This document shows positions 21,059 through 35,500 of a stretch of DNA of 64,000 nt, piece by piece. The DNA lies in the NCBI GenBank assembly GCA_040954595.2, contig CM082576.2:18027028-18091027 (forward strand), given 5' to 3'. A model generated the notes under the pieces. It saw nothing but the letters and a program-made list of their open reading frames with translations. It had not been told where the DNA came from and did not search any database. Source of the DNA: Balanoglossus misakiensis. Its lineage: Eukaryota; Animalia; Hemichordata. The translations under genes and the position numbers were made by a program. Every line of letters begins with the position of its first letter. Positions within the stretch are counted from its first letter, which is position 1.

Positions 21059-22130
21059 TCCCTCTTAAAATGGCCTATCTCGCCGCACCCATAGCAACCA
21101 CGGCTTCTCGGAGATGGGGATCGGTACCTTGATGTCTGCTGCGTTGTCACCACTTTGGTTAATTCGGCCAGTTGGGTGGTGACAGTCTGCAAAGTTGCGC
21201 TGATTGCCGACATCTGCGTCTCCAGCCTCGACATCCTCCCCTGCATCTCAGTTCCTCCGTCTTTGCTTCTCGGGCGGATGGGAGCTCTTTCAGGAGAGGG
21301 TGATTGTTTTCGCTCGTACCTGGAGACAGATCGTGCTTCGATGTTGGCTTTCGGGTATTCCGGATCAGGACTTACAAATCGTACTTCCCGCCTCTGCGAT
21401 CGGATGCCATAGATTGCTTGATGATTATACTGGAATCTTTTGACAGTATCGATCGCTGCTTCGATGGAAGTTGGACGCTGATTTGCTGCCCATTGGCCTG
21501 CTTCTCGATCACAACATCCTTGGCAAAAGCGCATCACAGCTTGAAGCTCTATGGTGGCATCGCTGCTTTCTTGAAATGCCTGCATCGCAAGTGAATAAAC
21601 CCTGTCCGCCCATTCTTCTAATTTCTCCTCGGTGTTTTGTCGAATCTGGGCGAACTGAAGCTGACTGGATTCTGGAATCTCTTTCAAGCCGAATCGTTTC
21701 TCCAGTTTTTTGAGCAGCTCGTGATAGCTGACGTCTGCGTTTTTCTGGAGGATCCTGGTATAAACTTCACTTGCTTTCCCCTCTAAACACCAGCACAGAT
21801 AATTTTTGCATTCATTGAATGACATGTCCTGCATCTCGGCAAATTTCGTGAATTTTACCTGATATGCCTGCCAGTTTCCGGAGCCATCGTAGATTAGCGT
21901 CCTGGGAACTGACATTGGGATGTGACGATGACTTGATCTGTCCATCCGGTTATCATGCTGGTAGTAGGGTTGAGTTCTGGGAGGAGCGAATTCTGTTGGA
22001 TAATGGCCATCATAATAATCCGGTGATGCACCCGCTCGTGGTCTGGACACATTCACCCGTGATGGACGATAATTCTGCTCATCTTCAGGCCAGGTCGCAT
22101 ATCGCTGTTCATCGCGAACACTTCGTGGAT
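20971..22130 (-). CDS. gag: Gag, C-terminal part (capsid-like region and CCHC zinc knuckle)
   Basis: YDGSGNWQAY...LEGKASE...LEKRFG...QIRQ..EKLEEWA and CYGCGEIGHFKREC. The first residues of the listed ORF (MHKPGLSSCA) come from the CACTA end. Confidence 0.93.
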
Positions 22131-22998
22131 ATGCACAGGATGAAAGCCCAGGTTTATGCAATGCTTAAAGTTGGTATAAATATGATTAAAGCTGTTCTTG
22201 CAATCATCTTTATGCAGCATAAAGATATTCATTTATACATCTTTATGCAACTCTATAAATTGGTATAATGGCTTACCACAAATAATCACCTTTATGCACT
22301 CTCATAAGGGTGAATAATTCATGTACACCTTGCATCACATTTATGCATTCTAATAAAGGTGAATAAAAGGATGAATTTCTATACACCTAGCGTCACGTTT
22401 ATACAGCTTTATGTCAGAATGATCAGAATATTTGCTTTGGCTTCTGATTCTCATTTCTCCTTTTGGAATATTCACTTTATCCACAGTGAGTTTACGAATG
22501 TTGGGGGAATAAGTGTCATTAACAATGAAAGACTTATACCTCCTTTGTCCAGTACACTTATTGTTTCATGTATAACTAAAGGGTAGAATATATGTTAGTG
22601 ATAGTTCTTTTCTGTGGCCAGCTTTGTCTTCAGCCAATCTTTTCATTCCTGCACACGTACCAGTACACTCCACCACCGTCAAATAGATCACACATACACA
22701 AGCTATATATACATGCAGTGGGACATTGTCATGAATTCTATGATTTTTTATTACTATAAGTACTAGTAACTACTATTTACAATATAATGAAAAATTTATT
22801 AAACTAGAAAGTAAAAAAACTGAAAGAATAACCTTTACGAACTAAAATACGAACTTAAATAAAAATCACAAACACAAGTAAAAACAATTCTAAAGTAATT
22901 TCAAATGTCATTAAAAATGAAAAGTCAAGTAGAAATATTTAGTTAAAAATAGAAAAACAAAATAAATAAACACATTATAAAATGAAGTACAATATCAA

Positions 22999-25900
22999 TC
23001 AGTGGGGACTAGTACATCCCTCCTCCAGAGAACCTGTGGTTCCAGAAGAAGACGCAGAATCATCTGGACTTAACCCAGACGCAACCCTGACTGCCCAATC
23101 CTCTGGGTAGTCAGGCCGCTCCCTGGAAGAGGGGGGTCCATCTGACCTGGGAAGGCGAAGCTGGCGCTGCTTTGCCGATAGATGTCCATTAACTGTTTTT
23201 TGCTTTTACGCAACTTTTTCCTTTCCCAGGTCAGAGGACGTCTTATGTATTGCTTGATCTTCCCCTCATCATCAAAATCGCTCTCTTCCGAGGAGATATA
23301 CTCAGCTGTTAGTACGCGTTTAATTTTCTCCTTGTCCTCTTCAGGCCAGTCAACCGATGTCAGGGAGGACTGAAGCTGTTTGAGTTTCTGAAAATGAACA
23401 ACATAGGATTTGTCAATAAAAAATCAACGTAGAGCTCATATTTAACAAGATCCTATTGCCATCATTGGATTTGTAATTGTTTATATATAAAAAATCTCTA
23501 ACAAAAAAGACAAGAATATTACTCAACGAACCCAATTGTTACATTAACAGATGGAACTTTCGCAGTCACCTAACTGGTACATACAACAGTATTAGACATA
23601 AATTTGAAGCTACTCACCTCTCTTTTACGCCCCTGTCGACGGCATGTTTGTTTGTGGGCCTCTGTCTTTCCTTGGCTGTTCAACCGATGTTTGTTCTTTT
23701 GCCCCCGAAAAAATGTTCTGATTGCTTCTGTAATAGGAATTAACAGAAAATTAGCAAGCAGCCTAAGTTGTTTTTACTTTTGTATGTGTCATGTTAGCAT
23801 CTCCTTAAAGCTTCAACTTTAGAAGGAATGTGAGCATATTATAAGTAAATATGTCCAGCTCAAGTAAGTAGAGGACTTTCCTTTGATCCAACCATGGCGG
23901 TACTAAGAGTGCCTCCATGATCCAACGCAAAGGGTTGTGATTTTGCAATATTAATTAAAAGTATCAGATATTTAATGTTATATCATAATCAAAATCCATT
24001 TACCTTTGGCCTCGAGTGTGTTGATGTCATCACATCTTAACTCCTGCAGCAAGATTTCACATGATTGCTGGTTCTCCACAGCATCAAATCTATAAAAAAG
24101 AGAGAAATTTCATGAACCATTTAATTATTTTTTGTCAAGTTATCCTAGGCTAAACAGATGAAGTATGTGGCTTCTAGAATTCTGGCCCCAACATGTTCCA
24201 GCCTTGGTCGATGCGGCCTCTCTTTTCAATGACCCACATCAATGTGGCCCCTAAACCCAAGTTTCAGTGTCCTATCACTATATAGTGTTGTGTCATTTCA
24301 GCCCCCTGACGGATGCAGGTATAATTATATAGATTTATTGTATCTTAAATAAGTAAACTTAATTCTTGTGTCAAAAAAACTATTGTATGGGGCATGCAAA
24401 GTCATCAGCACAATTCAAAGATAAAAACATAATCCACTGGCTTCTGTGATGGAAAAATGATCAATTTAATTTAACAGGAACATTTTATTACTAACATATC
24501 ATTGTGTAGTTGTGAATAGAAAGAATGGCATTACACGTATAAGTTATCAAATTCACGCTGAATGGGAAGGCAATTTTGGACCGTGAGAAATTTCATTCTT
24601 ACAACTTGGAATGTATATCTTTAAATTGATGAAGACCTTTACAACTGAAAACTTGAATAACATACATGTAGGGATAAACTGTGTTTACGCCATCTTGAAA
24701 ATTTGCAGTGCATTATGGGTCAATTGAGTTCCGGTTGAGGGGGAGTAGCGTCTACAACCTTACCTATCCAATTTTCCAGCGGTTTAGTCAGATTTTCTTC
24801 AAGTAACGTTAGTAGTAGTAGTTACTTGAAGAAAATCTGACCAAACCGCAGGAAAAAATGGATAGGTTGTAGGCGCTACTCCCCCTCAACCGGAACTCAA
24901 GTGACCCATAATGCACTGCAAATTTTCAAGATGGCGTAAACACAGTTTATCCCTATACAAAAGGTCCACCTGTACTTCACAACATTAAAAATAGAGAAGA
25001 AATGTAAATACCTCTCAGTGACATTAAGACCAGGAAAGTCATCCCTCTGCCTCAGTAAGTTGTACTTTGCACGGACTGTTCTCTGGGGTGAAAATATAAA
25101 GTACTATGTTAGTAAAATTGTTAAATCATTTTTATTTAAAACATTCTGACAGTTCATTTGTTTGCTTCAATCACCCTATCAATCAACATTTATGGCATAG
25201 ATTAGCCTGGTCACCATACCCAGTGTGTTGTAGATAGACTCACACACATCGAAAACACGCTGGGTATGGTGACCAGGCTAGGCATAGATAGGCCTAAGTG
25301 CATATTTCTTGAAATGTATCTTTTGCACAGCACTGGCCACTATCAAAATTTGCATTGTAAAGGTTACTAAAACAAGCATTTATGCAACATGTGGTTCCGC
25401 ACAAAAAGGTCAAAATGTTATGCATATTTTAGAAATTAACCACAAAAATACTGAAAAAGTAGCCCAAGTGTCACACTGGGTAAAATTAAACACCTGACAT
25501 TGTATGTGTCCACCTGACACCTGGCCCCAAACAGATAGGTTGGAGGTGTTAATCCTTAGTTACACAAGCTCAGGTCTGGCCTGAAAAAAGCGTCTCAAAT
25601 CTGAAGCATTTCATTCACACATATTTATTCCCTGTGTGACCACCATATAATTAAAGCTTGTACCCCATTATAACCAATGGTCACAACAAGAGACACTGAC
25701 GCACAGATTGTTAAACAATGCTATTGTAATGCTATTGTTTGGTAGCTTTGTCAGGAATGTGTAGCATTAATGACATATGCAAATTCAAACTGTGATACTA
25801 GTATTGACCTCTGACATTTATCAGGTGACGACTGAGTATTTCAGTGTTCAATTTATAAGTTCTCCTAAAATCTTTCAAACATAAGAGCCCTTCCACACCG

Positions 25901-26549
25901 AGTCGCAAAATGTACGCGATGTTAAAAAGAAATGTACGCGACGGCCGTGTCAGGCTACCCCTATTTGACGACCTCAGGAAGCTTAATTATGCGTACCAAC
26001 AAGCGTCACGCTTTATGTGCTTGCGAAGCTTCAGTCCCCCGGTCCGTAGCTGGAAATAGCAGGTGCGTGTCTCGGTAAAGACCTACACACACAGGCACGC
26101 GAAAAGATCGCTTCGTGATCGGTCGCGAAATACGCGAGAGCCAAAAATTTCCTGTCACGAAAATAACCTGTTTTACAGTACCTTATTATTATACCACGTA
26201 CTGATCACCTTCCATTGAGACCCACCATAAAGCTACAACCACAGACCTCCATGCTAATACCGAGGTCTGCTCCGATCGGCTTATGGCCCCGTAGGACAAC
26301 TTCAGGTTGCCCGTGTGTCCCATTGCATTAATGTTAAACAACGGACGATTAACTATGGTGCGAGAGTTGTATTTAAAAAGAAAGAATCATACTCACAGAC
26401 ACGATGTTGCTAACATGTATCTTGGATTTTCTGCGGGCTGCTGATGTTGCGTGAAGCGCTGAGAGTTTTTCTTCTATTACCTTTAGGGACATCTGCATTG
26501 CCGGTACTTGTTGAGCCGCGGAGCAACCACAAAACGTATTTTCATTCAT
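22999..26549 (-). CDS. Spliced second gene of the CACTA element (5 exons; acidic SSEESD / RPLTWE type, resembling C14orf93-like proteins); frameshift in the last exon
   Basis: GT-AG exons ~26549-26397, ~25082-25012, ~24089-24005, ~23727-23618 and 23387-22999 join in phase: MQMSLKVIEEKL...RTVRAKY...AIRTFFRGQK...EYISSEESD...RRPLTWERKKL; GPPSSR...DWAV follows in a shifted frame. Confidence 0.65.
24669..24955. mobile_element. ~287-bp near-perfect palindromic (foldback) MITE in an intron
   Basis: tagggataaactgtgtttacgccatcttgaaaatttgcag... mirrors ...ctgcaaattttcaagatggcgtaaacacagtttatcccta. Confidence 0.85.
25203..25280. mobile_element. 78-bp MITE with 21-bp TIRs and a 9-bp TSD
   Basis: TAGCCTGGTCACCATACCCAG...CTGGGTATGGTGACCAGGCTA, flanked by GGCATAGAT on both sides (25194-25202, 25281-25289). 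Confidence 0.85.
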
Positions 26550-28170
26550 AGTTGAAGACGATGCAAAGAACTTCTGAGTTTGTTGTAATAAACGACATGG
26601 TATTTATACTGCTGAGGAAAGGTTGACTTTTCAAAATTCCCGCAAAAGTCAAAGGCAGCAACTTTGATTGGTTGTAAGAATATCCCCGAACTAATAACCA
26701 ATCAACGTTAAATTCACAATCACGTGTCTCAAGGATTCCGTGCCTGTACAATAAACTTGATAAACATCCGGTGTTTTTAATGTCAACATGCGTCGATCAG
26801 ACGCTACAGGACGCTTCTGAAAGACGCTACGAACATCATACTGTGCTTCACTGACTGTGCTTCGAGGTTTCTCACTCCTGAGTCCAATGATCGAAACGCA
26901 AACGTGGCTCAAGGTACGTATCCTTGTTAAATTGTTGATATTTGTCTGGAGGAGTGGGCATCATTATCTTTGGACCCGGGCCGGGCGCAGTAGGCGTACG
27001 ATCGCGTGAGACGCACGCGGAGCCGCGACTGATGTAGCCGATGTAAAACAAAACTAAACCCCTGTCCGTTTACCTTTTAGCTTTAAATTTGATAAGTTCT
27101 TGCCGCGGATCAAAGACTAGATATCGCAAAGCTTTGATTAGGTGGTTGTCGGTAAATATTTATTGATAGTAAGTGGCAAAATCGCCATCCGAACATATGT
27201 TTAACAATCGCATTCTGCCCTTTCCGCTTCGTTAGGGGTGGACCACTTGATTTCAGAGGGTGAAGACAAAATTGTCGAAAGTTTTTTTTTTTTAGCCGGG
27301 AAAAAAAATGTTCGTGCGGGCTAAGTAAAAAACAAACAAGTATGATTCCGACAAAGCTTTGAAAAACCTGGTTGAACAATACCAAAAAATTAAATGCTCA
27401 ACAGTCGCCATTTGGGAAATAATTCCTCCAGCTCCCATGAATCAAATGGTCTACCCCTTACAAACCTTTCTACTATATACTGCGGTTGCATCAGTCGGGG
27501 TTTCGAGTTCCAACTAAGCATGATTTTGATAGCCTCGGTCATGTGTGAGGCTTGTATGACACACATGATTAATTATAATATAATTTAAGGCAGCTAGTAA
27601 GTATATATGTCCAAAGATAGAGTCTAAATGTAGATACAGTGTATATGTACTCTGGAATGATCAACGTGTTAGGGTGTGTAAACTATGTGCATACGAGAGA
27701 CAATGCTGCATGGTTGAGTCAGACTGGAGTAGCAATGGCAGAATGCTCAGCTGCTTTTACTTGTACTTGCTGATGTAGCTTTACAGGAAAGCAATATATA
27801 TACTAGCACGTGGATATTGTGGTCTCAAATATGTGTCAACCAAGCAATTTTCCTCTTCAAATTTTACATAAGGATCATGATAATTAGAAAGAGTTGGCAA
27901 CAATAAGTAGAACATGTCTAACATTTTCTGAAGTTGTGTTTTGATAATTCAGTTGAATATCATACCAGTTGGTCGCATACTGAAATTAAATGTACAATGA
28001 CTTTTAACATTAACGTTTTTATTACTTCTGTTTCAACAGCAACTGCAATATTACAGCAAACCAGTTTCCTGTATCTGTCACCTGCACTTGGATTTTGACA
28101 GTAGCTTTATGTTTGCTTTTGAATGCCTCATATTCACCCTTGAGTGATTTACTCCCAAGACATTCATGAA

Positions 28171-31100
28171 ATGGTAAGTTTCAATGCTTATATGTATCGT
28201 TGTTACACAATATAGTTCAAAGCATATAATAAATGTTGCTATACGGTGCTTGAAAGATAGAATTTATGCATACTTGCCAAATTTCATTGTAAAACCAGAA
28301 GCGATGCAAAATAGGGTTTCATGCGTAGGTAGTGATTTTCCAAGAAGTCCAGTTATCAATTTGGTTCTACAAAGTTTGAAAATTTATGGCTGTGATTGTA
28401 AAGAAATTGGTATCAAGTCCAATTTGCACAATGTTTTGAAAAATTAATGACAACTTTTCTTTTATTTATAGGATTTTCAAACACCAAAGAGAGGTCGTGT
28501 GTGTCCAGTGTGTCATGAGACCTTCAGTACAAGAAACTTTTTGAGACATAAAAGAACATATTTCAATTATCAATCCTGTTCCTGGGAGGTACATATACAT
28601 GAAAAAAGATCATCAAAATCCAGACGGAAAATTACAATGATTCATACAAAGAACCCACTGGATACTGAAAGCTCTGATGATAATGGTAATTTAACTGCAA
28701 CATTTATTTAGTTCTGACATTGCCCAATTTCAGTTGCCTACTTTTTCTGCCAGTGGTCTCCTAACATTGTATGCCAGCACCATTTTGTCACATGGTGCGT
28801 AGATGTAGAATATGTTGCTGTGTAGTTTTTTTGTTTTAGTGTGATTTCAAAAACATGCAAATATAGTGTACACCCTCTTCGGGGGGGGGGGGGTCACTGT
28901 AAAGTGTATAGTTCGCTTGCATCTATCGGTGTGACCATATGTGTGTTGGAGTTGAACTGGTCCAAGCAGAATTCTTGCTGGCATCTAGTTTTCTTATCAA
29001 CTATTTAAAAAAATATTGTTAGTGTCATGCTCTGGTTATTTTGTGATGTTTTTTCATTTCTGAAATGTGTTGTGTAACAACAACATGTACGTGTTTGTTC
29101 TTTCCAGGATGTGGTATCCCAGATGCTGAACCTTTTATGATGTCACCAGGCTCTCCTTTGGAATCAGCTTTTAGGTGTCATCTGATAAAGAAGGCACAGG
29201 CCAGTACTCCTAATATATCCACTGCATCAAGTGAGAATGTCACTGAAGACGGAGGGTTGTTGAATAAGGATGACTCGGACTGGGATTTGCAGGTAATTAC
29301 TCAATCCATCCCATGAATTTAGACTATGTACACTGTCAACACAGTTGGTGTTATGGTACTGTTACTGGTTTGGTGGCAAGCAAGACATTACATACTTTAA
29401 AACAGGAATTTTTTACGAATGATACATTTTTGCAAACTACGCAACAGTCAAAATAAACGCGACAACAAACTGTCGTGTAAAATGTTTTTCTGAGATAATC
29501 ATGCAGTGAATTATGAGAACATAACAGTTGTCTCTTGATATCGCCGGAAAATTTCACGTTTTTACAGTATTACAAAGAGAATGCCATAAGGCAAAATAGT
29601 ATTGTTTAACAATGACATATTTTACCTGGCAATTTGAAGCAACTTACAAGATTTTATTTGGTATATCAAGCCACATTGAAAAATGTCTCTTTGACTTTGT
29701 AAGAATATCTGACTGGTTGGTTGTCTATGCCAAACCATGATGACATTGTAAACTTGGTGATTAAAATTAAATCTGCCAAACCATGATGACATTGTAAACT
29801 TGGTGATTAAAATTAAATCTATTATATATCTTTCCCTTTTTCATAGTGGTCTGGCTCTGATAGTGACATCTCAGGAGAGGAGTCAGCGTTCAGCGATACT
29901 GAAGATGGTATAAGTGGTAGGGCAAGTCAAGTCCAGGAAGCTGCAATTTCATCTAGTGATAGTGAAGACGATGATGGTGGGGTAATTTGGGAAGAGGAAA
30001 ACGAAGAAGAATTTCTACAAGATTTGGGTCAACCTTTATTGGTTCAAAGACACAGGTCCAAAATAGCTAAAGTAAATGAGTTGGTTTCATGGATTCTTTA
30101 TTTTCTGTTGTATTGGCAAGCCAGCTGTCATGTCAGTGATAATTGTTTGTCATGGCTTTTACAGTTTCTGTCAACTGTTTTTAACATCATTGGGGTAACT
30201 GTGCATAATGAATATATAACTGAACTTGCTGTGTGTTTACCAGCATCTCTGTATATGCTTCGTCAGTGTGTGAACCTTGACAGGGATGATTTCCTTAAGA
30301 AAGCTGTTTGTCCAAATCCTAGATGTGCTACATTGCATGATATTGATAACCTTGCTGTTAGACAGAATGGCAGATTCTTTGCCAAATGTTGTGACAAGAA
30401 GAGATTTAAGAATGGGAAACAAGTAAAGTGTGGACAGCCACTTGCAAAGCATGTGATTTTAAATGGGACTGTTAGATTCTATCCAATGAAAGTGTTCTCA
30501 TATGTCAGTCTTATTGACTCAATAGAAAGTATCTTGCTTCGTGCAGACATACCTGCTAAACTAGAAGAATGGAGAGAGAAACATACAGAACAAACAGACT
30601 GTGAAGGTAACAAAATATATACAGATATTTATGATGGCAACATATGGAAAGAATTTCAAACTTATGATGGTGAAGATTTTCTAGCAAAAGAATGGAATTT
30701 AGCATTATCAATGAATGTTGATTGGTTTCAACCCTTCAAAAACAGAAATGATTACTCTGTTGGTGTGATATATTTTGTGATACTAAATATGCCACGGGTA
30801 ATCCGCTTTAAGTTTGAAAACGTTATAGTTGCTGGAATCCTACCTCCTCTTGATAAAGAACCATTCAGTTTGAATTCTTTTCTCCAGCCTTTTGTCAGTG
30901 AATTACAGAAACTTTGGAAAGGTTTGAATTTAGGAACCAGTTCATCAAGTGTCCCTGTCAAAGTAAGAGCAGCTCTACTTTCTGTTGTGTCAGATATACC
31001 TGCTGCCAGAAAAATAGGTGGTTTCAAGTCTCATGCAGCCAGTGTTGGTTGTTCAAAGTGTTATAAAGTATTTCCTGGTGGCTTTGGAGAAAAGAAGGAC

Positions 31101-32540
31101 TACTCTGGCTTTGACAGGGATAACTGGCCAAAGAGAACAAAGGCAAAGCATAATAAATATGCCCATGATGTAAATAATTGTAAAACTGTCAAAGAATCTA
31201 ACAGGCTTTCTCAGAAGTATGGGACATATTACTCTGTTCTTGTTGAGCTACCATACTTTGATTGTGTTAAGATGATTTCAATTGATCCAATGCATAACTT
31301 ATTTCTTGGGATTGGTAAAAAGATGTTCAAGGTATATCTAGATATGTTCTTATCACCCAAAAAACTTAGTGTTCTTCAAAATAGAATACAGTCCATGACA
31401 GTAGCATGTGACATTGGTAGGATACCCAATAAAATTGCTTCAAATTATGGGAAATTTTCTGCTGATGAATGGAAGTATTGGATTACTGTTTTTTCCATGT
31501 ACTGCTTGAATGGGCTTATTCCTGAGAATCACTTATTATGTTGGGAACGGTTTGTTTTAGCCTGTAAAATATTATGCAAGCCATACCTGTGTGAAGCTGA
31601 TATCAGAAAAGCTGACATCTTGTTATTGAACTTTTGCATTAAGTGTGAGACGCTGTATAGTAAGAAAATGATTACTCCAAACATGCACCTTGTGTGTCAT
31701 CTGAGAGAGTGTTTATTTGACTATGGACCCATTAGTGCATTTTGGTGCTTCCCTTTTGAGAGATATAATGGGTATTTTGGGGATATTCCCACTAATAACA
31801 GGTCAGTAGAAATACAGTTTATGAGGAAAATTACAGTACTGAGGTTTGTACAAAACAAAGAAATGAAGAATGGTCTTTCTGGGATATTCTCAAATCTGAT
31901 TGAAAGACCAGGATCAAAACAAGATGTATGCAAGGCGAGCAATTTCTTTCTTCTGAGTGCTCCTGATGCAAAATTAATGGAAAACATTAACTGGGGATGT
32001 AATGAATCTGTATATGTCCCAAATGCGTATGTTGAAGGAGCCCTTTCTGTTGAGGATACAAACCTAATTAAAGCTGTATACGAGTATATGTATCCAAATA
32101 AAGTTGCAAGCTGTATTAGTAAACTTGTAAAAAAATATGCATATGTATATATCTTTGGAGAGAGATTTGGGTCTAAAATGGCATGCAGAATGTTAAGAAG
32201 TGCAAGAGTTATGGCTAAATGGGCAGGTAACACTGGGGACTTTGATATTTCTCCATGTAATCTTCGACCTTGTCAGGTTGATTGGTATTTTAGTCACTCT
32301 GTTGAGATAGATGGCAAGAGACTTGTACACAACTTTGCAATGGTAAGATGGTATAAGCCACATGAAAACAAGGACAAATTTGGTAATTGTGTTGAAGTCT
32401 GGCAACAGAAGACATTTGAACCATATGGGAAGTGTAGCTTTTTGCCAATACATCGTATTTCTTGCCGCTTTGCCTGTACTGATTTGAAAGATAATAGCCA
32501 AGTTGTCAGTGCAATCAACCGCAGAGTTGTTGCATATTAA
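28171..32540 (+). CDS. CACTA/EnSpm-type transposase, spliced (exons ~28171-28173, 28472-28685, 29108-29292, 29847-32540)
   Basis: DIYDGNIW, LSMNVDWFQPF, DIPAARKIGGF, CSKC, IDPMHNLFLG, PNMHLVCHL, GPISAFWCFPFERYNG. Upstream exons have canonical GT/AG sites and stay in phase, encoding CPVC...H and an acidic tract. Confidence 0.9.
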
Positions 32541-35500
32541 TATAAGAGAGAAAGAAACCTATGTCATGCTCCCCTGTAATTTTCAGTGTTAAGTATGATG
32601 CATCTTGTATATTTTTCATAGTTGTACATTTTACTTGAATATTCATATCTGAAATAAATTTATTACTTTCATGAATGAATTACTTGTCTCCAGTAACTTT
32701 GTTACCCACATAAACTAGTGTGTATGTGTGTGTGTTTTGCTTAAGGGTCAAATTAAGAAGTACATGTATACAGTTTCATGAAACAAAGCAGACATAAGCT
32801 TTTTCTGCTATGCATGGTAAAGGCCTCAGCCCCAGGGGACAAAATGATTCTGCCCACAGACTGAACAGTTTATTGGAAAACAACAATGTGTTAATAATCT
32901 ATCATTATTTGACCTGGCTGTGTAACGCAGCTATGGGGGTGGTGCTCTGCTGGTTTCCCCACCAGTAGCTGTGATCCATATATCATAACGAAATTGGGTC
33001 ATTTTAATACTGCGACCAATCTTTAATAGGGAGGACGTTTAAACGGCAAAGGGAAACAAAACGAGCGTAATTCAGGCGATTTTCCAAGGAGTTTTCAAGA
33101 TTCAAATACAAGCAGCAAACTTTGACCTTCACTCTGATCTGATTCATTGTCTTTGTGCAAAGACTCTAATTAGCATATCAATGGAAGTCATTCACTGCTT
33201 GGGAATCTTGAGTACACAATGGAAAAATCATAAAGATTGAAGGCCGTGTCAGACATGCTGGTTAAAACCGCGTTTTATGATGTGGTTGGCAGTTGTATCA
33301 CTACTAAGCTAATATCGCATTTACAGAACTAAAATTGAACTGATCACACACATCGATAGCGCCAAACAAGGGGTGTATAATGATTGCATAAAATGAGTTA
33401 AATTGTCGATTTCGCCCGTGCAGTGTGAACAAATTGCGCGTAGTGCAGTCAGTAGATTCGCAATCCAGTTGCTGTCATGTAGGGCATAATTGAGAAGACG
33501 GTGCGGCCGGCACTGTTCGCTAGCACATGTCATTAGCTCGACTACAGTCTGAGTTCGGTTCGGAGAGCATCTACTTCTCGACTGGATATTAAAGAAATTT
33601 TGGCAGTCAATTATATGCTGCAGGGTGCTTTTACATTCAGATGTACAGCGCAACATGGGTTACAATTTCGTGTTCAAACACCGGTAGCAAGAGGTCAGAA
33701 TTTGACTCTGGCAGCTCTTCAATTACATTCGCATTCACTCAATAACAATTTCTGGGTGAGACGTAAGTCTCTCCCCAGTCCGTGCCCCTTCAAGATTTTG
33801 AGAGGGTGTACATACAAGTTACATGGAAGTATCAGACTCTCTCACATCCCCTCTCGCCGCCTATAACTATACGCAGGGTTGTGGGAGAGTCTGTCCGCGG
33901 AAGCGGTCGTGGGGGTGGTGGTTACCGTTAGGCCGTAAACGAAAACATGAAAACTGTTTGAGATTCAATGTTTCTGGTCTTTTATACTGATGTGATCAGA
34001 AATAAGAAGAGAAACCATACTTGTCGCTTCAGTTTGGAGTATATTATTTGAAATGATGAAAAACGCGCAGGGACGAACGCACGTCTTTGGAAACTTAGGC
34101 AGTGATCTAAGAGAAATAGTATAGAGAGGCGTGCAGTTTCTCAGACACGCAGTTTTATCTGAATTGCGTGTAGTGCGGCACAGCGCTGTAGAAGTCATAA
34201 AACTGCCGCAACATCGAAGTAAGCCGCTTCGTGGGAGCTACATCGCGGGCAATAATGTCAGTTGAAGTCGGTTTGGACTTATGACTTCGCTGAATATTTT
34301 AAGCGCCGAACCACGATAGATTTCTTGCCTGTCATAACTCATCGGTGCCGATACCAACTAGGCCAAATCTGATTTTTTCTCTTCTAAAGACTTCGTAACA
34401 CATGCCGAGCTATGTTTTCGCCCCAAGTGTCGCGCTCTGTTCATTGTCAGTATCGGGTACGTTTCAGTGATTCATTGAGTTTCAAGAACTTTGAATTCAC
34501 TGATAATAAATTACCGGACTCATCTACATGTAAATGTCTACAGTTCGAGTCAACTGCTCGCTTATGTTGACATCAGTAGTTTCGTCTACCGTGACAGCCT
34601 TATTTATTGAGTACAAATTCAAGTCTACATTTCTTTAATCGATTTATTCTCGAGGACCGATGTCAGGATTCATAGATTTTTTATCGACTTGTCGCCGCAA
34701 TACTCGTTCACACAGGTTCCCGAGAACCGACTACGGCCCCCAGACTCCGGTTCTCCGGGAAACTGTCTTTCATTGATAAACCGAGTTGCGTCAGTACCGG
34801 TAATTCACTGGCTCAAAATTCGTGGTATGGGGAATTATTCGCTTGTTGGCTATTAAAAAATAAAAGTCTCTGAAAGCCGGTGAGATCGTGTCTGTCTGTA
34901 CTACTTCGGCAATGAAACTCGGCAATATTCTGCTTGTTAAGGTCTAGGGCCTACCAGTTCACGTTTCATAGCGTCTTGATGTGCTGCACTCTCTGCCTGC
35001 GCACTTTGATGGTGTCTTGTCTCAGTCACTTGCACGACGTCTTGTTTTATACGATCGTTTATTGAATTTCTGGCAGAATTTACAGTTCATAACGTCACCA
35101 GGACGGTAATACAACCAACGTTCACGGTCAGTTTACCACTAGAACGAAACATAAGTTTTCGGCGGTTACGGGGCCTTCCCGTGTTTTTCACTAAGTGTGC
35201 GAAACGATTTATCATAACTCCCTGAATCGGCAAGATTTCTGTTGCGTCAAGAGAAAAGGTTCTGCTACATTTTTACTTAATTCTAACATTTCGCGTGCAT
35301 GATTAAGAGAACGCGCAGCAATCGATGCGTCCTTTGATGCTGTATGTGCCGCGGTCGGTGCAAAGATTTCTACGCTACAATCAAATTATCATTCTCTGTC
35401 GAACAATGAAAATCCAAACTCAAATGGCCAGCGCTGATGACTGATATAATTCGATGTCATTTTAATTGTGACATTTTATAATTGGCGATACGACTAAATA

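Noticed and set aside
13876-22268. Plus-strand ORFs within the Gypsy element (e.g. 15730-16455, 20349-20954)
   Set aside because: They are antisense to long, motif-bearing ORFs and show no recognisable domains.
29728-29819. 46-bp perfect tandem duplication in a transposase intron
   Set aside because: Real, but most simply a local slippage event with no sign of function.
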